A stretch of DNA of 64,000 nt from Rhodobacter sp. (GCA_020637515.1 JACKKG010000002.1:38715-102714); one strand, 5' to 3'; numbered from the stretch's first letter, positions 19,141 through 30,016 are shown. Program-made: numbers and translations. Notes: generated by a model from the sequence alone, not told the origin.

Positions 19141-20118
19141 TCACACCTGCGGGTTGCTCAGGCGATCAAGTTCGGCGGTGGCGGCGGCAATGTCAATCGG
19201 CGCGGGCACCCGACGGGCCGCAAGCGCGGTTTCGGCGCGCCAAGGGGCGCCCAGCGCCCCCGAGGCCGCGACGACGCCCTCCATCTCGGCCAGGTCGCCC
19301 GAACAGTGCAGCACCAGGTCGCAACCCGCCGCGATCGCCCGCGCGGCCCGGTCGGGCAAGGTGCCGGGCAGCGCGTTCATCGAAAGGTCATCCGTCATCA
19401 GAAGCCCCCCGAACCCCAGCGTCTCGCGCAGGTAGCGCAGCACGACGGGCGACAGGGTGGCCGGCGTCTCAGGGTCCAGGGCCTCGATCACCATATGGCC
19501 GGTCATGCCCAGCGGCAGGTCCGCCAGCGCCCGCACCGGGGCGAAGTCGCGCGCAACCAGCGCATCGAGCGGCTGCGTGCAGCGCGGCAGGGTCAGGTGG
19601 CTGTCGGCGTTGGCGGCGCCGTGCCCGGGCAGGTGCTTGAGCACCGGCAACACGCCGCCCGCCAGCAACCCCTCGGCCGCCGCGCGGGCCTTGGCCGCGA
19701 CGTCGGCCGGATCGTCGGACCAGACGCGGCGCCGAAGAAACGGGTGCGTGTCGGGGCCCGCCACGTCGATCACCGGCGCGCAGTTTCCGTCCACGCCGAC
19801 GGCGCGCAATTCGGCCGCCATCAGCCGGTGTCGCAGGCGGATCGCCGCCGCGTCGCCGCGCTGGGCGCAGGCGTCGGGCCAGTCGCGGGCCAGGGGCGGG
19901 CGCAGGCGCTGGACGGTGCCGCCCTCCTGATCCATGAACACCGGCGCATCCCGGCCGACCGCGTCGCGCAGCGCGCCGGTCAGGGCGCGCAACTGCGCGG
20001 CGTCCAGGACGTTGCGGCGGAACAGGATGAATCCCCAGGGGTCTGCCTGACGAAAGAACGCGGCCTCGTCGCGGGACAGGACCGGGCCCGCGCAGCCCAG
20101 GATGGTCGCGCCGGTCAT
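19141..20118 (-). CDS. nagZ: Beta-N-acetylhexosaminidase (GH3)
   Basis: 325 aa. FMDQEGGTVQRL and LKHLPGHG motifs of NagZ. Confidence 0.9.
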   Translation of the reverse strand: MTGATILGCAGPVLSRDEAAFFRQADPWGFILFRRNVLDAAQLRALTGALRDAVGRDAPVFMDQEGGTVQRLRPPLARDWPDACAQRGDAAAIRLRHRLMAAELRAVGVDGNCAPVIDVAGPDTHPFLRRRVWSDDPADVAAKARAAAEGLLAGGVLPVLKHLPGHGAANADSHLTLPRCTQPLDALVARDFAPVRALADLPLGMTGHMVIEALDPETPATLSPVVLRYLRETLGFGGLLMTDDLSMNALPGTLPDRAARAIAAGCDLVLHCSGDLAEMEGVVAASGALGAPWRAETALAARRVPAPIDIAAATAELDRLSNPQV

Positions 20119-20125
20119 CCCCGGC

Positions 20126-21094
20126 TCAGCGGATCAGGACGGGGATGCAATCGACGTTCTCGGCCTGAAAGATCGAGCAGAAGCGCCGGGCCTCGGGTTC
20201 GTCCGAGAAGCCGGCCGCGCGCAGCCGGAAGAAGGTGCGCCCCCCGGCCGAGGCGGCCTCGACGATGCGGCCGCGGCCATCCAGATAGGCCGGGAACCGG
20301 GCCGCCAGCGCGTCCCAGGCGGCACGGGCCGCAGGTTCGTCGTCATAGGCGCCCAGTTGCACCAGCCGGGTGCCCGGCGTCAGCGAGCGCGGGTCGATTT
20401 CCGTCACGCGCGGCGATCCCAGTCGCGTCACCAGTTCCTGAAGCAACGCCTCGGCCTGCGGATCGCCGCCGGCGCCCGTCGTCGCGGCGCTGGCAATCTG
20501 TTGCGGTGTGCCCTGCGCCGGCGCCTGGAACGCGCCGCTGGCAGGGCGCGCGCGCGGCACGGGCGAGCGCGCGACCCCCGGCAACGACGCCGGGACGATC
20601 TGCAAGGCGCCCTGCGGGGCTGGCATGCTGGCGATCTCGACGCTTTGCGGCGCGCCGATCGCGGCCCCGGGCTGGACCGGCTGCGGCGCGGCGATCGCGT
20701 TGACCCCCACCCGCGAGGCCAGCACCGCGGCCGAGCGGTCCTCGTCGGTCAGTTCCACGGGAGGCGGGGCCAGCGCGATGACCTGCGCGGCGCTCGCGGC
20801 GCCGCCCTCGGCCGCAACGGAGTTGACCGCCAGCCCCTGATAGGCCGCCTGCCGGCCGCCCGGGTCCTCGGGCGAGGTGCGGATGGGGCCGGACATCGCG
20901 CGGATCACCGGCACGCCCGTGACATCGCGCACCATCAACCGATAGCTCCAGACGCCGACGCCGACCATGAGGGTGATCGACAATGCCGCCCCCGCCAGGT
21001 TGACCAGACGCCCCACGCCGCCACGCCCAAGGTCCCGTTGTTGGACCGGCGCCGGCTGCGGGGCGTGATACGCCTCGTAGTGCCACTGTGCCAT
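20126..21094 (-). CDS. SPOR domain-containing membrane protein
   Basis: 322 aa. It has one N-terminal TM segment, a low-complexity linker, and a C-terminal SPOR-like domain (RLVQLGAYDDEPAARAAWDAL...FFRLRAAGF). Confidence 0.85.
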   Translation of the reverse strand: MAQWHYEAYHAPQPAPVQQRDLGRGGVGRLVNLAGAALSITLMVGVGVWSYRLMVRDVTGVPVIRAMSGPIRTSPEDPGGRQAAYQGLAVNSVAAEGGAASAAQVIALAPPPVELTDEDRSAAVLASRVGVNAIAAPQPVQPGAAIGAPQSVEIASMPAPQGALQIVPASLPGVARSPVPRARPASGAFQAPAQGTPQQIASAATTGAGGDPQAEALLQELVTRLGSPRVTEIDPRSLTPGTRLVQLGAYDDEPAARAAWDALAARFPAYLDGRGRIVEAASAGGRTFFRLRAAGFSDEPEARRFCSIFQAENVDCIPVLIR

Positions 21095-21148
21095 GCTCGC
21101 CTCACAAACCCGCCGGATTTTCCCGGTCTTGGCCTTAATTCACTGCCC

Positions 21149-21168
21149 GCCCGCGGAAATCCGCGGGC
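21149..21168 (-). terminator. Hairpin downstream of argS
   Basis: GCCCGCGG-aaat-CCGCGGGC, 28 nt past the argS stop. The U-tract is poor. Confidence 0.4.
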
Positions 21169-21195
21169 GCACCCGTCGCTGTCGCTGGCCTGAGA

Positions 21196-22938
21196 TCAGC
21201 GCATTTCCTCGACGGGCTTCACCCCGAGGATAGCAAGACCTGCGGAAATAACAACGCCCACGGCACGCGCCAGAGCGATTTTGCGGGTCATCACAGCCAC
21301 ATCGTCCTGCACGAAGCGCAGCGCGGTCTCGTCATTGCCCCTGTTCCAGTGGCCGTGCAGGTCGGCCGCCAGCTCGGTCAGATAGCCGGCGATGCGGTGC
21401 GGTTCGTTCGCGCGGGCGGCGATTTCGACCTGGCGCGGCCAATCACCCATCTTGCGCATCAGCGCCAGCTCGGCAGGGTGATCCAGCGTCGAAAGATCCG
21501 CGCGTGCCAGCGCCGCGTCCGAGGTATCGACCCCGGCCTCGGCCGCCTTGCGCAGAACCGAGGCGACACGGGCGTGCGCGTATTGCACATACCACACCGG
21601 ATTGTCGCGTGACTGTTCCAGCACCTTGTCGAAATCGAAATCCAGCGTCGCGTCGTTCTTGCGGGTCAGCATGACGAAGCGAGTCACGTCGGCGCCGACC
21701 ATCTCGACCACGTCGCGCAGCGTGACGAAATTGCCCGAGCGTTTCGACATCTTGAAGGGTTCACCGTTCTGGAACAGCTTCACCAGTTGCACCAGCTTGA
21801 TGTCCAGCGGCACGCGTCCCTCGGACAGCGCCGAGACGGCGGCCTTCATGCGCTTGACATAGCCGCCGTGGTCGGCGCCCAGAATGTCGATCAACAGATC
21901 GAAACCGCGCTTCACCTTGTCATAGTGATAGGCGATGTCGGGCGCGAAATAGGTCCACGAGCCATCCGATTTCTTCACCGGGCGGTCCACGTCGTCGCCG
22001 TGCGCGGTCGAACGGAACAGCGTCTGTTCGCGCGGCTCCCAATCGTCGGGGGTCTTGCCCTTTGGCGGTTCCAGAACACCCTCGTAGATCAGGCCCTTGG
22101 CGCGCAGGGTGTCGATCGCGGCCTCGATCCGGCCGGTGCCGTAAAGCGCCTTTTCCGACGAATACACGTCCATCGTGACGCCCAGCATCGCCAGATCCTG
22201 CCGGATCATGGCCATCATCGCTTCGGTCGCGAAATTGCGCACATCGTCCAGCCAGACCTCTTCGGGCTGGTCCAGCAGGCTGGCGCCGTAGCGCGCCTTC
22301 AGCGCCTCGCCCACCGGCACCAGGTAGTCGCCGGGATAGAGCCCTTCGCGGATCTCGGGGGTCAGGCCGTTTGCCTCGCGGTATCGTTCATAGGCCGAGC
22401 GCGCCAGCACGTTCACCTGCGCGCCGCCGTCGTTGATGTAATATTCGCGCGTTACGTCCCAGCCGGCAAAGGCCAGCAACGAGGCCAGCGCATCCCCGAC
22501 CACGGCGCCGCGCGTGTGGCCCACATGCATCGGCCCCGTCGGGTTGGCCGAGACGAACTCGACGTTGACCTTTTGCCCGGCGCCCAGCGTGGCGCGGCCG
22601 AAATCCCGCCCCCGGGTCAACGCGGCGGTGACCACGTCCTGCCAGGCCGAGGGGACCAGCCGCAGGTTCAGGAACCCGGGGCCCGCGACCTCGGCGCCCG
22701 CGATCCGCGGGTCGGCCGCCAGTTTCGCCACCAGCGCATCGGCGATGTCGCGCGGTTTCATGCCGGCGGGCTTGGCCAGCACCATCGCCGCGTTGGTCGC
22801 CATGTCGCCATGCGCGGCGTCGCGCGGCGGCTCCACGGTGACGGCGGCGGTATCGAGACCCTCGGGCAGCGCGCCCTCGGCGGTCATGGCGCCCAGGCAG
22901 TCGATGACCAGTGCGCGAATGTCGGTGAACAGGTTCAT
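21196..22938 (-). CDS. argS: Arginine--tRNA ligase
   Basis: 580 aa from ATG 22938 (checked). HVGHTRG (HIGH-like) and FKMSKRSG (KMSK) class I motifs. Confidence 0.97.
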   Translation of the reverse strand: MNLFTDIRALVIDCLGAMTAEGALPEGLDTAAVTVEPPRDAAHGDMATNAAMVLAKPAGMKPRDIADALVAKLAADPRIAGAEVAGPGFLNLRLVPSAWQDVVTAALTRGRDFGRATLGAGQKVNVEFVSANPTGPMHVGHTRGAVVGDALASLLAFAGWDVTREYYINDGGAQVNVLARSAYERYREANGLTPEIREGLYPGDYLVPVGEALKARYGASLLDQPEEVWLDDVRNFATEAMMAMIRQDLAMLGVTMDVYSSEKALYGTGRIEAAIDTLRAKGLIYEGVLEPPKGKTPDDWEPREQTLFRSTAHGDDVDRPVKKSDGSWTYFAPDIAYHYDKVKRGFDLLIDILGADHGGYVKRMKAAVSALSEGRVPLDIKLVQLVKLFQNGEPFKMSKRSGNFVTLRDVVEMVGADVTRFVMLTRKNDATLDFDFDKVLEQSRDNPVWYVQYAHARVASVLRKAAEAGVDTSDAALARADLSTLDHPAELALMRKMGDWPRQVEIAARANEPHRIAGYLTELAADLHGHWNRGNDETALRFVQDDVAVMTRKIALARAVGVVISAGLAILGVKPVEEMR

Positions 22939-22985
22939 GTCGTCGTCCTTTGCTGCGCCCTGCACTATCATGGCGGGCGCGAAGG

Positions 22986-24833
22986 TCAATCTCTGGACGG
23001 TGCCGGGGAGGTTGCGGGGGGTGCGGCATTGCCGTGGGCCGGACCCAGCGCGATCAGCCGCGTGCCGGCCGCCAGCTTCGACGGCGTGCGCCCCGCCGTT
23101 GCGATGGTCAGCGCACCACCGGCCGCGATCCAGCCCAGCAGCAGCGCCCCCGGTCGCGCCGCGCGCCAGTCGGCCAGCGAGAATTCCTCGGTCAGGCGGG
23201 TGACGCCGATCCGCTCGCCGTCGATCATGCGCTGGTCCAGGTCGTCAAAGGTCAACCCGCTGGCAAAAAGCTGTCCGCCCAGACCGACCGGCAGGGCATG
23301 GCGGCGGCTGTCGATCTTGTCGCCGGCCAGTTGATACACCGCCTCGCGGCCGAACTCGGGCGCGAGGTCGGTCGCAACCAGCGTGTTGTAGGCATCGTTG
23401 CCGGTGGCCACCAGAAGCGTGCCGAAACCCACCAGCTCGACCGAGGTTTCCGCCGCCTCGGACAGGATGTCGCCGTAGAACACCGCAAGGCCCTCGGACC
23501 GCGCGCCGCGCAGGCGGCGCGGGTTCTGGTCGCTGATCAGGACCGGCACCTTCTGCGCGGCCAGCGCGCTGGCCAGCCCCACCGAAAAGCGCGACCCGCC
23601 GACCAGCAGAACGCCCGGCGTTTCCGACGCGACCAGCCCCAGGAACCGCGCCAGCGGCGCCAGCGCGAAACCGTGCAGCACCACCGTGACCGCGACCAGC
23701 ACAAAGGCCAGCGTGCCCATCTGCGCGCCGGCGCCAAGGCCCAGCGCGGCCAGGCGCTCCCCGAAAAGCCCCGCCACCGCGACCAGCACCACGCCGCGCG
23801 GGCCGGTCAGCGCGATCAGGGCCCGCTCGCGCCAGGGAACGGTCGAGAACGCCAGCGCGACCAGCACCGTCAGCGGCCGTGCCACCAGGATGACCGAGGC
23901 GACAAACGCCGCCGCCCGCCAATCCAGCGCGGCCAGGTCCGCGGGGTCCAGCCCCGCCGCCAACAGGATGAACACGCCCGAGACCAGAAGCACCGTCGCG
24001 TGTTCCTTGAACCGGCGCAGTTCCTCGAAGCTGGGCAATTGCGAATTGGCGATCACCAGCCCCATCACCGTGACCGCCAGCAACCCGCTTTCGTGCAGCA
24101 CATGGTCGGCCAGGGCAAAGACGATCAGCACCCCGGCGAACAGCACCGGCACCTTCATGTATTCGGGCACGACGCCGCGCCGGAAACTGCTGGCGATGGC
24201 GCGCCCGCCGATCAGGCCGACCAAGGTCGCGGTGCCGATGCCCAGCGCATAGGTCAGCGCGGCCAGAGTGACATTGGCCTGTTCGTGGCGCACCAGCACG
24301 ATGCCAAAGGCCAGGACCGCGGCCAGGGCCCCGATCGGATCGTTGACGATGGCCTCCCATTGCAGCAGCACCGCGGGGCGGCGCGACAGCCTCGCCTGTC
24401 TGAGCAGCGGTGCGATCACCGTGGGGCCCGTCACGATCATGATGCCGCCGAACACGGCCGCGGCCTCCCAGCCCAGCCCGGCCGCGTAGTGAACGGCAAG
24501 CGTCGACAGCAGCCAGCCCAGCGGCGCACCGACATAGACCAGCCGCCGCACCCCCTGCGCCGCGTCCAGCACCGACCGGATGTTCAGCGTCATGCCGCCT
24601 TCGAACAGGATGATGGCGACCGCGACCGAGATCATCGGCGCCAGCAACGGGCCGAATTCGCGCGCCGGGTCCAGCACGCCCAGCACCGGGCCGACGAACA
24701 GCCCGGCGGCCAGCATCAGCACGATCGCCGGCAGGTGCAGGCGCCAGGCCAGCCATTGCGCGCCCACGCCCAACGCGCCGATCAGCGCGAAGGCCTCGAT
24801 GGGGTTCAGTCCCGATACGGTGCCTGCGGCCAT
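22986..24833 (-). CDS. Cation:proton antiporter (CPA1, Na+/H+ exchanger) with C-terminal RCK/TrkA-like domains
   Basis: 615 aa from ATG 24833 (checked) inside track ORF 22986..25451. There are about 12 TM helices followed by a [15 protein letters not shown] Rossmann-like segment. Confidence 0.88.
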   Translation of the reverse strand: MAAGTVSGLNPIEAFALIGALGVGAQWLAWRLHLPAIVLMLAAGLFVGPVLGVLDPAREFGPLLAPMISVAVAIILFEGGMTLNIRSVLDAAQGVRRLVYVGAPLGWLLSTLAVHYAAGLGWEAAAVFGGIMIVTGPTVIAPLLRQARLSRRPAVLLQWEAIVNDPIGALAAVLAFGIVLVRHEQANVTLAALTYALGIGTATLVGLIGGRAIASSFRRGVVPEYMKVPVLFAGVLIVFALADHVLHESGLLAVTVMGLVIANSQLPSFEELRRFKEHATVLLVSGVFILLAAGLDPADLAALDWRAAAFVASVILVARPLTVLVALAFSTVPWRERALIALTGPRGVVLVAVAGLFGERLAALGLGAGAQMGTLAFVLVAVTVVLHGFALAPLARFLGLVASETPGVLLVGGSRFSVGLASALAAQKVPVLISDQNPRRLRGARSEGLAVFYGDILSEAAETSVELVGFGTLLVATGNDAYNTLVATDLAPEFGREAVYQLAGDKIDSRRHALPVGLGGQLFASGLTFDDLDQRMIDGERIGVTRLTEEFSLADWRAARPGALLLGWIAAGGALTIATAGRTPSKLAAGTRLIALGPAHGNAAPPATSPAPSRD

Positions 24834-26008
24834 GCGGTGCTTCCTTCGATCAGGCGGGCGTGTTCTTGCAGCGCGAAACGGTCGGTCATGCCGGCGACAT
24901 AATCGGCGACGATGCGCGCCAGCGCGCTGTCGTCGCCAGCGCGGGCGACATCGTCGCGCCATTCCTCGGGCAGGTGCGCGGGCGCGGCCAGGAACAGCGT
25001 GAAGAGATCGCGCACCACCTCGGTCACCTCGGCGCGCATCCGCACCACCGAGGGGGCGCGATACATGCGGGTGAACAGGAACTGGCGGATCACCTTCAAT
25101 TCGCGGAACAGCCGGTCGGAAAAGCGGATGATCGTGGTGCCCAGATGGCGCACCGCGTCGGCGTCGGCGGGCTGCGCCGCTTGCAGGCGGGTCTGGGCGA
25201 CCAGGATCACGTCCTCGACCATGACGCCGAACACCCGGCGCAGCGCCTCGTGCCGCCGCCGCATCCTGTCGAGGCCGGGATACAGGCGGTCCACCTCGGC
25301 AAAGGCGGGCCCGGTGATGGGCAGCGCCATCAGGTCCTGTTCGGTGAACAGGCCAGACCGCAGCCCGTCGTGCAGGTCGTGGTGGTTGTAGGCCACGTCG
25401 TCGGCAATCGCCGCGACCTGGGCCTCGGCGCTGGCGTGGGTGTGCAGCCACAGGTCATGGCGGGCGTTGTATTCGACCAGCGCGGCCGGCAGGGGACCCT
25501 TGCGCGGCGTGCCGTCCGGGTTCACCAGGGGGCCGTTGTGCTTGGCGATGCCTTCCAGCGTCTCCCACGTCAAGTTGAGCCCGTCGAAATCGGCGTAATG
25601 GCGTTCCAGCGCGGTCACGATCCTGAGCGCCTGCGCGTTGTGGTCAAAGCCGCCATAAGGCGCCATCAGCGCCGCCAGCGCATCCTCGCCGGTATGGCCA
25701 AAGGGCGTGTGGCCCAGGTCGTGCGCCAACGCGATGGCCTCGGCCAGGTCGGTGTTCAGGCCCAGCGCGGCCGACAGCGTGCGGGCGACCTGCGCGACCT
25801 CGATCGAATGCGTCAAGCGGGTGCGGTAATAGTCACCCTCGTGCTCGATGAAGACCTGGGTCTTGTGCTTGAGCCGGCGAAAGGCCGAGGAATGGATGAT
25901 CCGGTCGCGGTCGCGCTGAAAGGGCGAGCGGAAGGTCGAGATCACCTCGGGGTAGAGCCGCCCGCGCGAACGCGCGGGGTCGGCGGCGAAGGGGGCCGGT
26001 TGGGTCAT
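24806..26008 (-). CDS. dgt: dGTPase-like triphosphohydrolase (HD domain)
   Basis: 400 aa from ATG 26008 (checked). FQRDRDRIIHSSAFRRLKHKTQVF, RLTHSIEVAQV and AHDLGHTPFGH motifs. Confidence 0.9.
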   Translation of the reverse strand: MTQPAPFAADPARSRGRLYPEVISTFRSPFQRDRDRIIHSSAFRRLKHKTQVFIEHEGDYYRTRLTHSIEVAQVARTLSAALGLNTDLAEAIALAHDLGHTPFGHTGEDALAALMAPYGGFDHNAQALRIVTALERHYADFDGLNLTWETLEGIAKHNGPLVNPDGTPRKGPLPAALVEYNARHDLWLHTHASAEAQVAAIADDVAYNHHDLHDGLRSGLFTEQDLMALPITGPAFAEVDRLYPGLDRMRRRHEALRRVFGVMVEDVILVAQTRLQAAQPADADAVRHLGTTIIRFSDRLFRELKVIRQFLFTRMYRAPSVVRMRAEVTEVVRDLFTLFLAAPAHLPEEWRDDVARAGDDSALARIVADYVAGMTDRFALQEHARLIEGSTAWPQAPYRD

Positions 26009-26092
26009 TCTGTCCGTTCTGCCATGGCGCTTGTCGCGCGCCTTTGGCCTTCTTATATCTGGAGTCACGCCTCAGGAAAACGACGATCCATC

Positions 26093-26422
26093 ATGAACTT
26101 GCCGCCGAAAGTCACCGACCGCGCCTTTGACCGCCTCGCCGAGATCGCCGAAAGCGCCGGACAGGCGCAGGTGCTGCGCGTCGCGGTCTCGGGGGGCGGG
26201 TGTTCGGGGTTCCAGTATGAAATCACGCTGGACCACGCCGAGGGCGAGGACCTGGTGCTCAGCGGCAAGGGTCAGCGGGTGGTCATCGACCCGGTTTCGC
26301 TGCCCTTTCTGTCGAACGCGGTGATCGACTTCACCGACGAGCTGATCGGCGCGCGGTTCGTCATCGAGAACCCGAATGCCGCATCCAGTTGCGGCTGCGG
26401 GCTCAGCTTTTCGATGGGCTAA
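26093..26422 (+). CDS. erpA: Iron-sulfur cluster insertion protein (HesB/IscA family)
   Basis: 109 aa from ATG 26093. GGGCSGFQY and C-terminal SCGCGLSF motifs. Confidence 0.9.
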   Translation: MNLPPKVTDRAFDRLAEIAESAGQAQVLRVAVSGGGCSGFQYEITLDHAEGEDLVLSGKGQRVVIDPVSLPFLSNAVIDFTDELIGARFVIENPNAASSCGCGLSFSMG

Positions 26423-27126
26423 CGCAGGATCAGCAGACCGCCGCTGACCAGCGCAAAGACCAGCACCGCCACGCGCAGCCCCTGGCCGCCGATCCGCCGA
26501 TGCGTCAGGCGCGAAAGCGCGGTGCCCGCCAGGACCGCCGGGATCAGCGCCAACGCCCCCAGCCATTGCGCGCGCGTGCCCTGCCCCGCCAGCACCAGCA
26601 TGACCAGCGAGATCACCTCGCCGGCCAGAAAGCACACCGCGACCGTGGCGCGCAGCACCGGGGCGGCGGCGTGTTGATAGAGCAGCGCCAGCGGCGGGCC
26701 GCCGATGCCGGTCGAGGTTTCGGTGATCCCCGTCACCAGCCCGACCGCCAGCGCCGCCGGGCGCCCGGGATCGAAGCGCGGCGCGATCAGCGCGGCCAGC
26801 GCGGCCGCGACGGTGAACCAGCCGACCGCCAGGTCCAGTTGCCCCACGCTGAGCACCGCCAGCAGCCAGATCCCGGCAAAGGTGCCGGCAAAGCGGCCCA
26901 GCGTGATCCAGCCCGCGCCGCGCCAATCGACCGAGGCGCGCTCGCGCCAGGCGACCAGCCCATTCAGAGGCAGCATCAGCACCAACAGCGTGACCGGCAG
27001 CATCCAGGGCGCCACCAGCCCCAGAACGGGGGCCAGGATCAACGCAAAGCCGATTCCGATCGCCCCTTGCAGAAAGGCCGCGCCAAAGGCCACGACCGAC
27101 AGCCCCAGGATCAGAACCAGGCTCAT
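26419..27126 (-). CDS. TauE/SafE-family anion exporter
   Basis: 235 aa from ATG 27126 (checked), with an ATGA overlap on the upstream amidohydrolase stop. Polytopic, with the GIGGPPL-type motif. Confidence 0.82.
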   Translation of the reverse strand: MSLVLILGLSVVAFGAAFLQGAIGIGFALILAPVLGLVAPWMLPVTLLVLMLPLNGLVAWRERASVDWRGAGWITLGRFAGTFAGIWLLAVLSVGQLDLAVGWFTVAAALAALIAPRFDPGRPAALAVGLVTGITETSTGIGGPPLALLYQHAAAPVLRATVAVCFLAGEVISLVMLVLAGQGTRAQWLGALALIPAVLAGTALSRLTHRRIGGQGLRVAVLVFALVSGGLLILR

Positions 27127-28520
27127 GCCCGGCTCCGGTCGCGGTGCTCGGTGGCGGTGGGGTGCACGCGCCGGATGCCGGCGCCGGCGATCGCCTCGGC
27201 GGTCAGGGCGCGGACCTCGTCCATCAGCGCGCGGGCGTCCCAATCGACGGGCCAGCCCTTCCACAGCCTGAGTTGGCCCTGCGTGAACACCGCGTCGATC
27301 TGGTCCCGGTTGCCATAGCGCACCAGTTCCCAGGGCAGATCGTGCGAGGGCGTGAACTCGGGCCGGTTCAGATCGACCAGCAGGAAATCAGCCGCCAGCC
27401 CCTCGGCCACGGCGCCGGCCGTGCGCCTGAGCCCGGCGGCATCCGCCGCACGGGTCGTCGCGGCATCGAGCCACAGCCACCCGCCGCCGCAGGAACTGTC
27501 CCCCGAGGCCAGCCCGAACCCCGCGCGCTGCATCCCCTCGGCCGCGTCCATCAGCCGGAAGGCATCGGCGCGGGTGCCGTCGGTGCCCAGGCCAAGGCGG
27601 ATGCCCAATTCGGCCATTTGCAGGGCCGGGGCAATGGCGTTGCCCTTCCACAGGCTGGCGACGGGGTTGTAGGCCACCGCCGTGCCGGTCTGCCTGAGCA
27701 GCGTCAATTCGTGTGGCGTGACCAGCGTCGAATGCGCGATCAGCACATGCGGGCCCAGCGCGCGGATCGCCGCCAGGTGCTCGAGCGGGCGCTGCCCGCG
27801 CGCCACCAGCGAGCGTTCGACCGCCACCAGGTGTTCGTTCACATGGGTCTGGAAGATCGCCCGTGCCTCGGCCGCCATGCGCGACACACGGATCAGCATG
27901 GCGTCGCTGGCGGCCTCGGGGATCGAGATCGCCAGCGAGGGGTGGATCAGCGCGTCGCCTTCGAAGGCGGACAAATGCGCCTCGGCCCGGTCAAGGATGG
28001 CCTCGGAGGACGGGATGTCCGCCGCGCCCCCCAGATCGTTGCAGATCAGCCCCAGAACGGTGCGCAGGCCCGTTTCGTGCGCGGCGGCGACCAGCGCGTC
28101 GATACAGCCCGCGCTGCGGGTGCCCGCATCGACCGCCGTCGTGAACCCGCCGCGCAGGCATTCCAGCGCCGCCAGCTTGGCCGACAGATAGACCAGCCGC
28201 GGGGTCAGGCTGGCCTCGAGCGGGACCCAGATGCGGCGGAAGATCTCGCTCGGTTCGCCGAACACCAGCGACTTGCCCAGCGACTGCGTCAGATGCGTGT
28301 GGGTGTCGATGAACCCCGGCATCAGCAGATGGTCCGGCAGTGGCACCGGATCGAGCCGGGGATGCCGGGCGCAAAGCGCCCCGGCATCGTCGATCCCGGC
28401 AAAGCGGCCGGCACGCACCAGCACGCCCTGCCCGGTCTGCACGCGACCGTCGATCAGAACCCGCCCGGGCAGCAGCAGCAGATCGCCCCCGCCGGCCAGT
28501 GTCGCGCGCAGATCGGTCAT
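27123..28520 (-). CDS. Amidohydrolase-superfamily deaminase (guanine deaminase/MtaD/AtzA-like)
   Basis: 465 aa from ATG 28520 (checked). GFIDTHTHL (HxH), QTHVNEH (HxxE), IAHST and GTDG motifs are characteristic of nucleobase/nucleoside deaminase-type amidohydrolases. Confidence 0.85.
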   Translation of the reverse strand: MTDLRATLAGGGDLLLLPGRVLIDGRVQTGQGVLVRAGRFAGIDDAGALCARHPRLDPVPLPDHLLMPGFIDTHTHLTQSLGKSLVFGEPSEIFRRIWVPLEASLTPRLVYLSAKLAALECLRGGFTTAVDAGTRSAGCIDALVAAAHETGLRTVLGLICNDLGGAADIPSSEAILDRAEAHLSAFEGDALIHPSLAISIPEAASDAMLIRVSRMAAEARAIFQTHVNEHLVAVERSLVARGQRPLEHLAAIRALGPHVLIAHSTLVTPHELTLLRQTGTAVAYNPVASLWKGNAIAPALQMAELGIRLGLGTDGTRADAFRLMDAAEGMQRAGFGLASGDSSCGGGWLWLDAATTRAADAAGLRRTAGAVAEGLAADFLLVDLNRPEFTPSHDLPWELVRYGNRDQIDAVFTQGQLRLWKGWPVDWDARALMDEVRALTAEAIAGAGIRRVHPTATEHRDRSRA

Positions 28521-29866
28521 TGGTTCGCCTCCAGTTCGGCGGCGACGATGTCGTCCCCGACGTCGGGTTCGACCGCGTTCATGAACAGCGCGTTGACCAC
28601 CGCCGCGGTGATGGTGCCCATCGCCAGGCCGTTGCCCAGGATCATCTGGGCCCAGCGCGGGAATTCGCTGTAGACACCCGGCACCAGGATCGGCAGCAGA
28701 CCCATCGCCAGCGCCGAGGCCAGCGTGATCATGTGGCCATGGGCGCGCAGGTCCACGCGGCGCAACAGGTCGATGCCAATCACCCCGATGATCGCGAAGA
28801 CGATCACCGCCGTGCCGCCCACCACCGGACCGGGCAGCGCCGAGGCCAGCCGCGAGATCGGCGCGAACAGCGCGATCAGCACCAGGATGCCCCCCGCCGC
28901 GGCGGTAACGAAGCGCGACTTGACCCCGGTGGCGCGGACGATGCCGATATTCTCGCCCGAGGTGATGATGAGCGACGTTCCGAACAGCCCGCCGACCAGC
29001 GACGCCACCGCATCCCCCCGGATCGTCGCCGGCACGATCGCCTGGGCATCCCCCTTGCGGCCGACGATCTCGACCGTTGCCAGGGTCTGGCCCGTCGCCT
29101 CGGCCATCGAGATCACCGAGAAGATGATGAGCGGCAGCGCCGCAAGCAGGTCGAAGCGCGGCATCCCGAAGGGCAGCAGTTGCGGCACCGCGACCAACGG
29201 CCCGTCGAACAGCGTCGGCAGATGCGCCGCGCCCAGCACAAAGGCGATCAGCGTGCCCGCAACCAGCCCCAGCATCACCGCCAGGCGTTGCCACATGCCC
29301 TTGAGGAACCGGGCAAACACCACCGTCAGCGCAATCGTTGCCAGCGCCAGGCCGATGTTGGTGGGGTTGGCGAAGCCGTCGGTTCCCGGACGGCCGGTGA
29401 TGGTGCCGCCATAGATCCGCACCAGATTGACCGACACCAGCAGCAGCATCGTGCCCACGACGATCGGCGGAAAGAACACCAGCAGGCGGCGGAACACGGG
29501 CAGCGCCAGAAAGTAGAACACCGCCGTCATGATGACCGCGCCGACAGCGGTCTGCACATCGACCGTCGTGGCGATGGCGACGAAGATCGCGATGGGCGCG
29601 CCGCCGGGCACCATGATGAAGGGCAGCCGCGCGCCAAAGCCCGCCGGGCCGAAGCTTTGCAGCAAAGTGCCCAATCCGCAGACCAGAAAGGTCGCGCTGA
29701 TGAGGGCGGCGGTCAGCGCGTCGTCGAAATGCAGCGCCCCGGCGACCAGGAACACGGCCGTGATCGGCGACGCCGCCATGACCAGCACATGTTGCAGGCC
29801 GAACAGGATGAGGTTGCGCGGGGGCGGAACCTCGTCCGTCGGATCGCGCGTTTCGGTCGGTGTCAT
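28517..29866 (-). CDS. NCS2-family nucleobase:cation symporter (purine/xanthine-uracil permease)
   Basis: 449 aa from ATG 29866 (checked). LFGLQHVLVM start, TSGENIGIVRATGVKSR signature region, and about 13 TM segments. Confidence 0.9.
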   Translation of the reverse strand: MTPTETRDPTDEVPPPRNLILFGLQHVLVMAASPITAVFLVAGALHFDDALTAALISATFLVCGLGTLLQSFGPAGFGARLPFIMVPGGAPIAIFVAIATTVDVQTAVGAVIMTAVFYFLALPVFRRLLVFFPPIVVGTMLLLVSVNLVRIYGGTITGRPGTDGFANPTNIGLALATIALTVVFARFLKGMWQRLAVMLGLVAGTLIAFVLGAAHLPTLFDGPLVAVPQLLPFGMPRFDLLAALPLIIFSVISMAEATGQTLATVEIVGRKGDAQAIVPATIRGDAVASLVGGLFGTSLIITSGENIGIVRATGVKSRFVTAAAGGILVLIALFAPISRLASALPGPVVGGTAVIVFAIIGVIGIDLLRRVDLRAHGHMITLASALAMGLLPILVPGVYSEFPRWAQMILGNGLAMGTITAAVVNALFMNAVEPDVGDDIVAAELEANQ

Positions 29867-29954
29867 GATCGTCTCTCCATGTTGAGGGCCCTCTTGGCGG
29901 GGCTTGGTGGGTTGGGGACCCGGTCGGCGGTGTGTCGACCCGGGGATCTGGATC

Positions 29955-29982
29955 GCAAACCGATTTGCGCAAATCGGTTTGC
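29955..29982. promoter_or_regulatory. Double LacI/PurR-type operator forming a perfect 28-bp palindrome
   Basis: GCAAACCGATTTGC|GCAAATCGGTTTGC. Each 14-mer is a CG-centred imperfect dyad with GCAAA/TTTGC arms, and the two together form a perfect palindrome. It is located in the permease/lacI divergent region. Confidence 0.6.
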
Positions 29983-30016
29983 ATGACTCGGATCGATAGC
30001 ATGGAAATTGCCTCTT

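Noticed and set aside
22986-25451. Very long track ORFs that would fuse or extend genes: 22986..25451, 27123..30020, 54950..56551, 59725..63036 and 5401..7374.
   Set aside because: The upstream parts are low-complexity R/P/G-rich read-through of open frames. Family-typical N-termini, checked ATGs, RBSs and 4-nt overlaps with upstream genes support the shorter internal starts I used.
24806-26008. dGTPase as a possible anti-phage dNTP-depletion defence gene.
   Set aside because: It sits in the conserved housekeeping neighbourhood (erpA divergent, argS nearby). There are no mobile-element or defence-island neighbours and no compositional anomaly.
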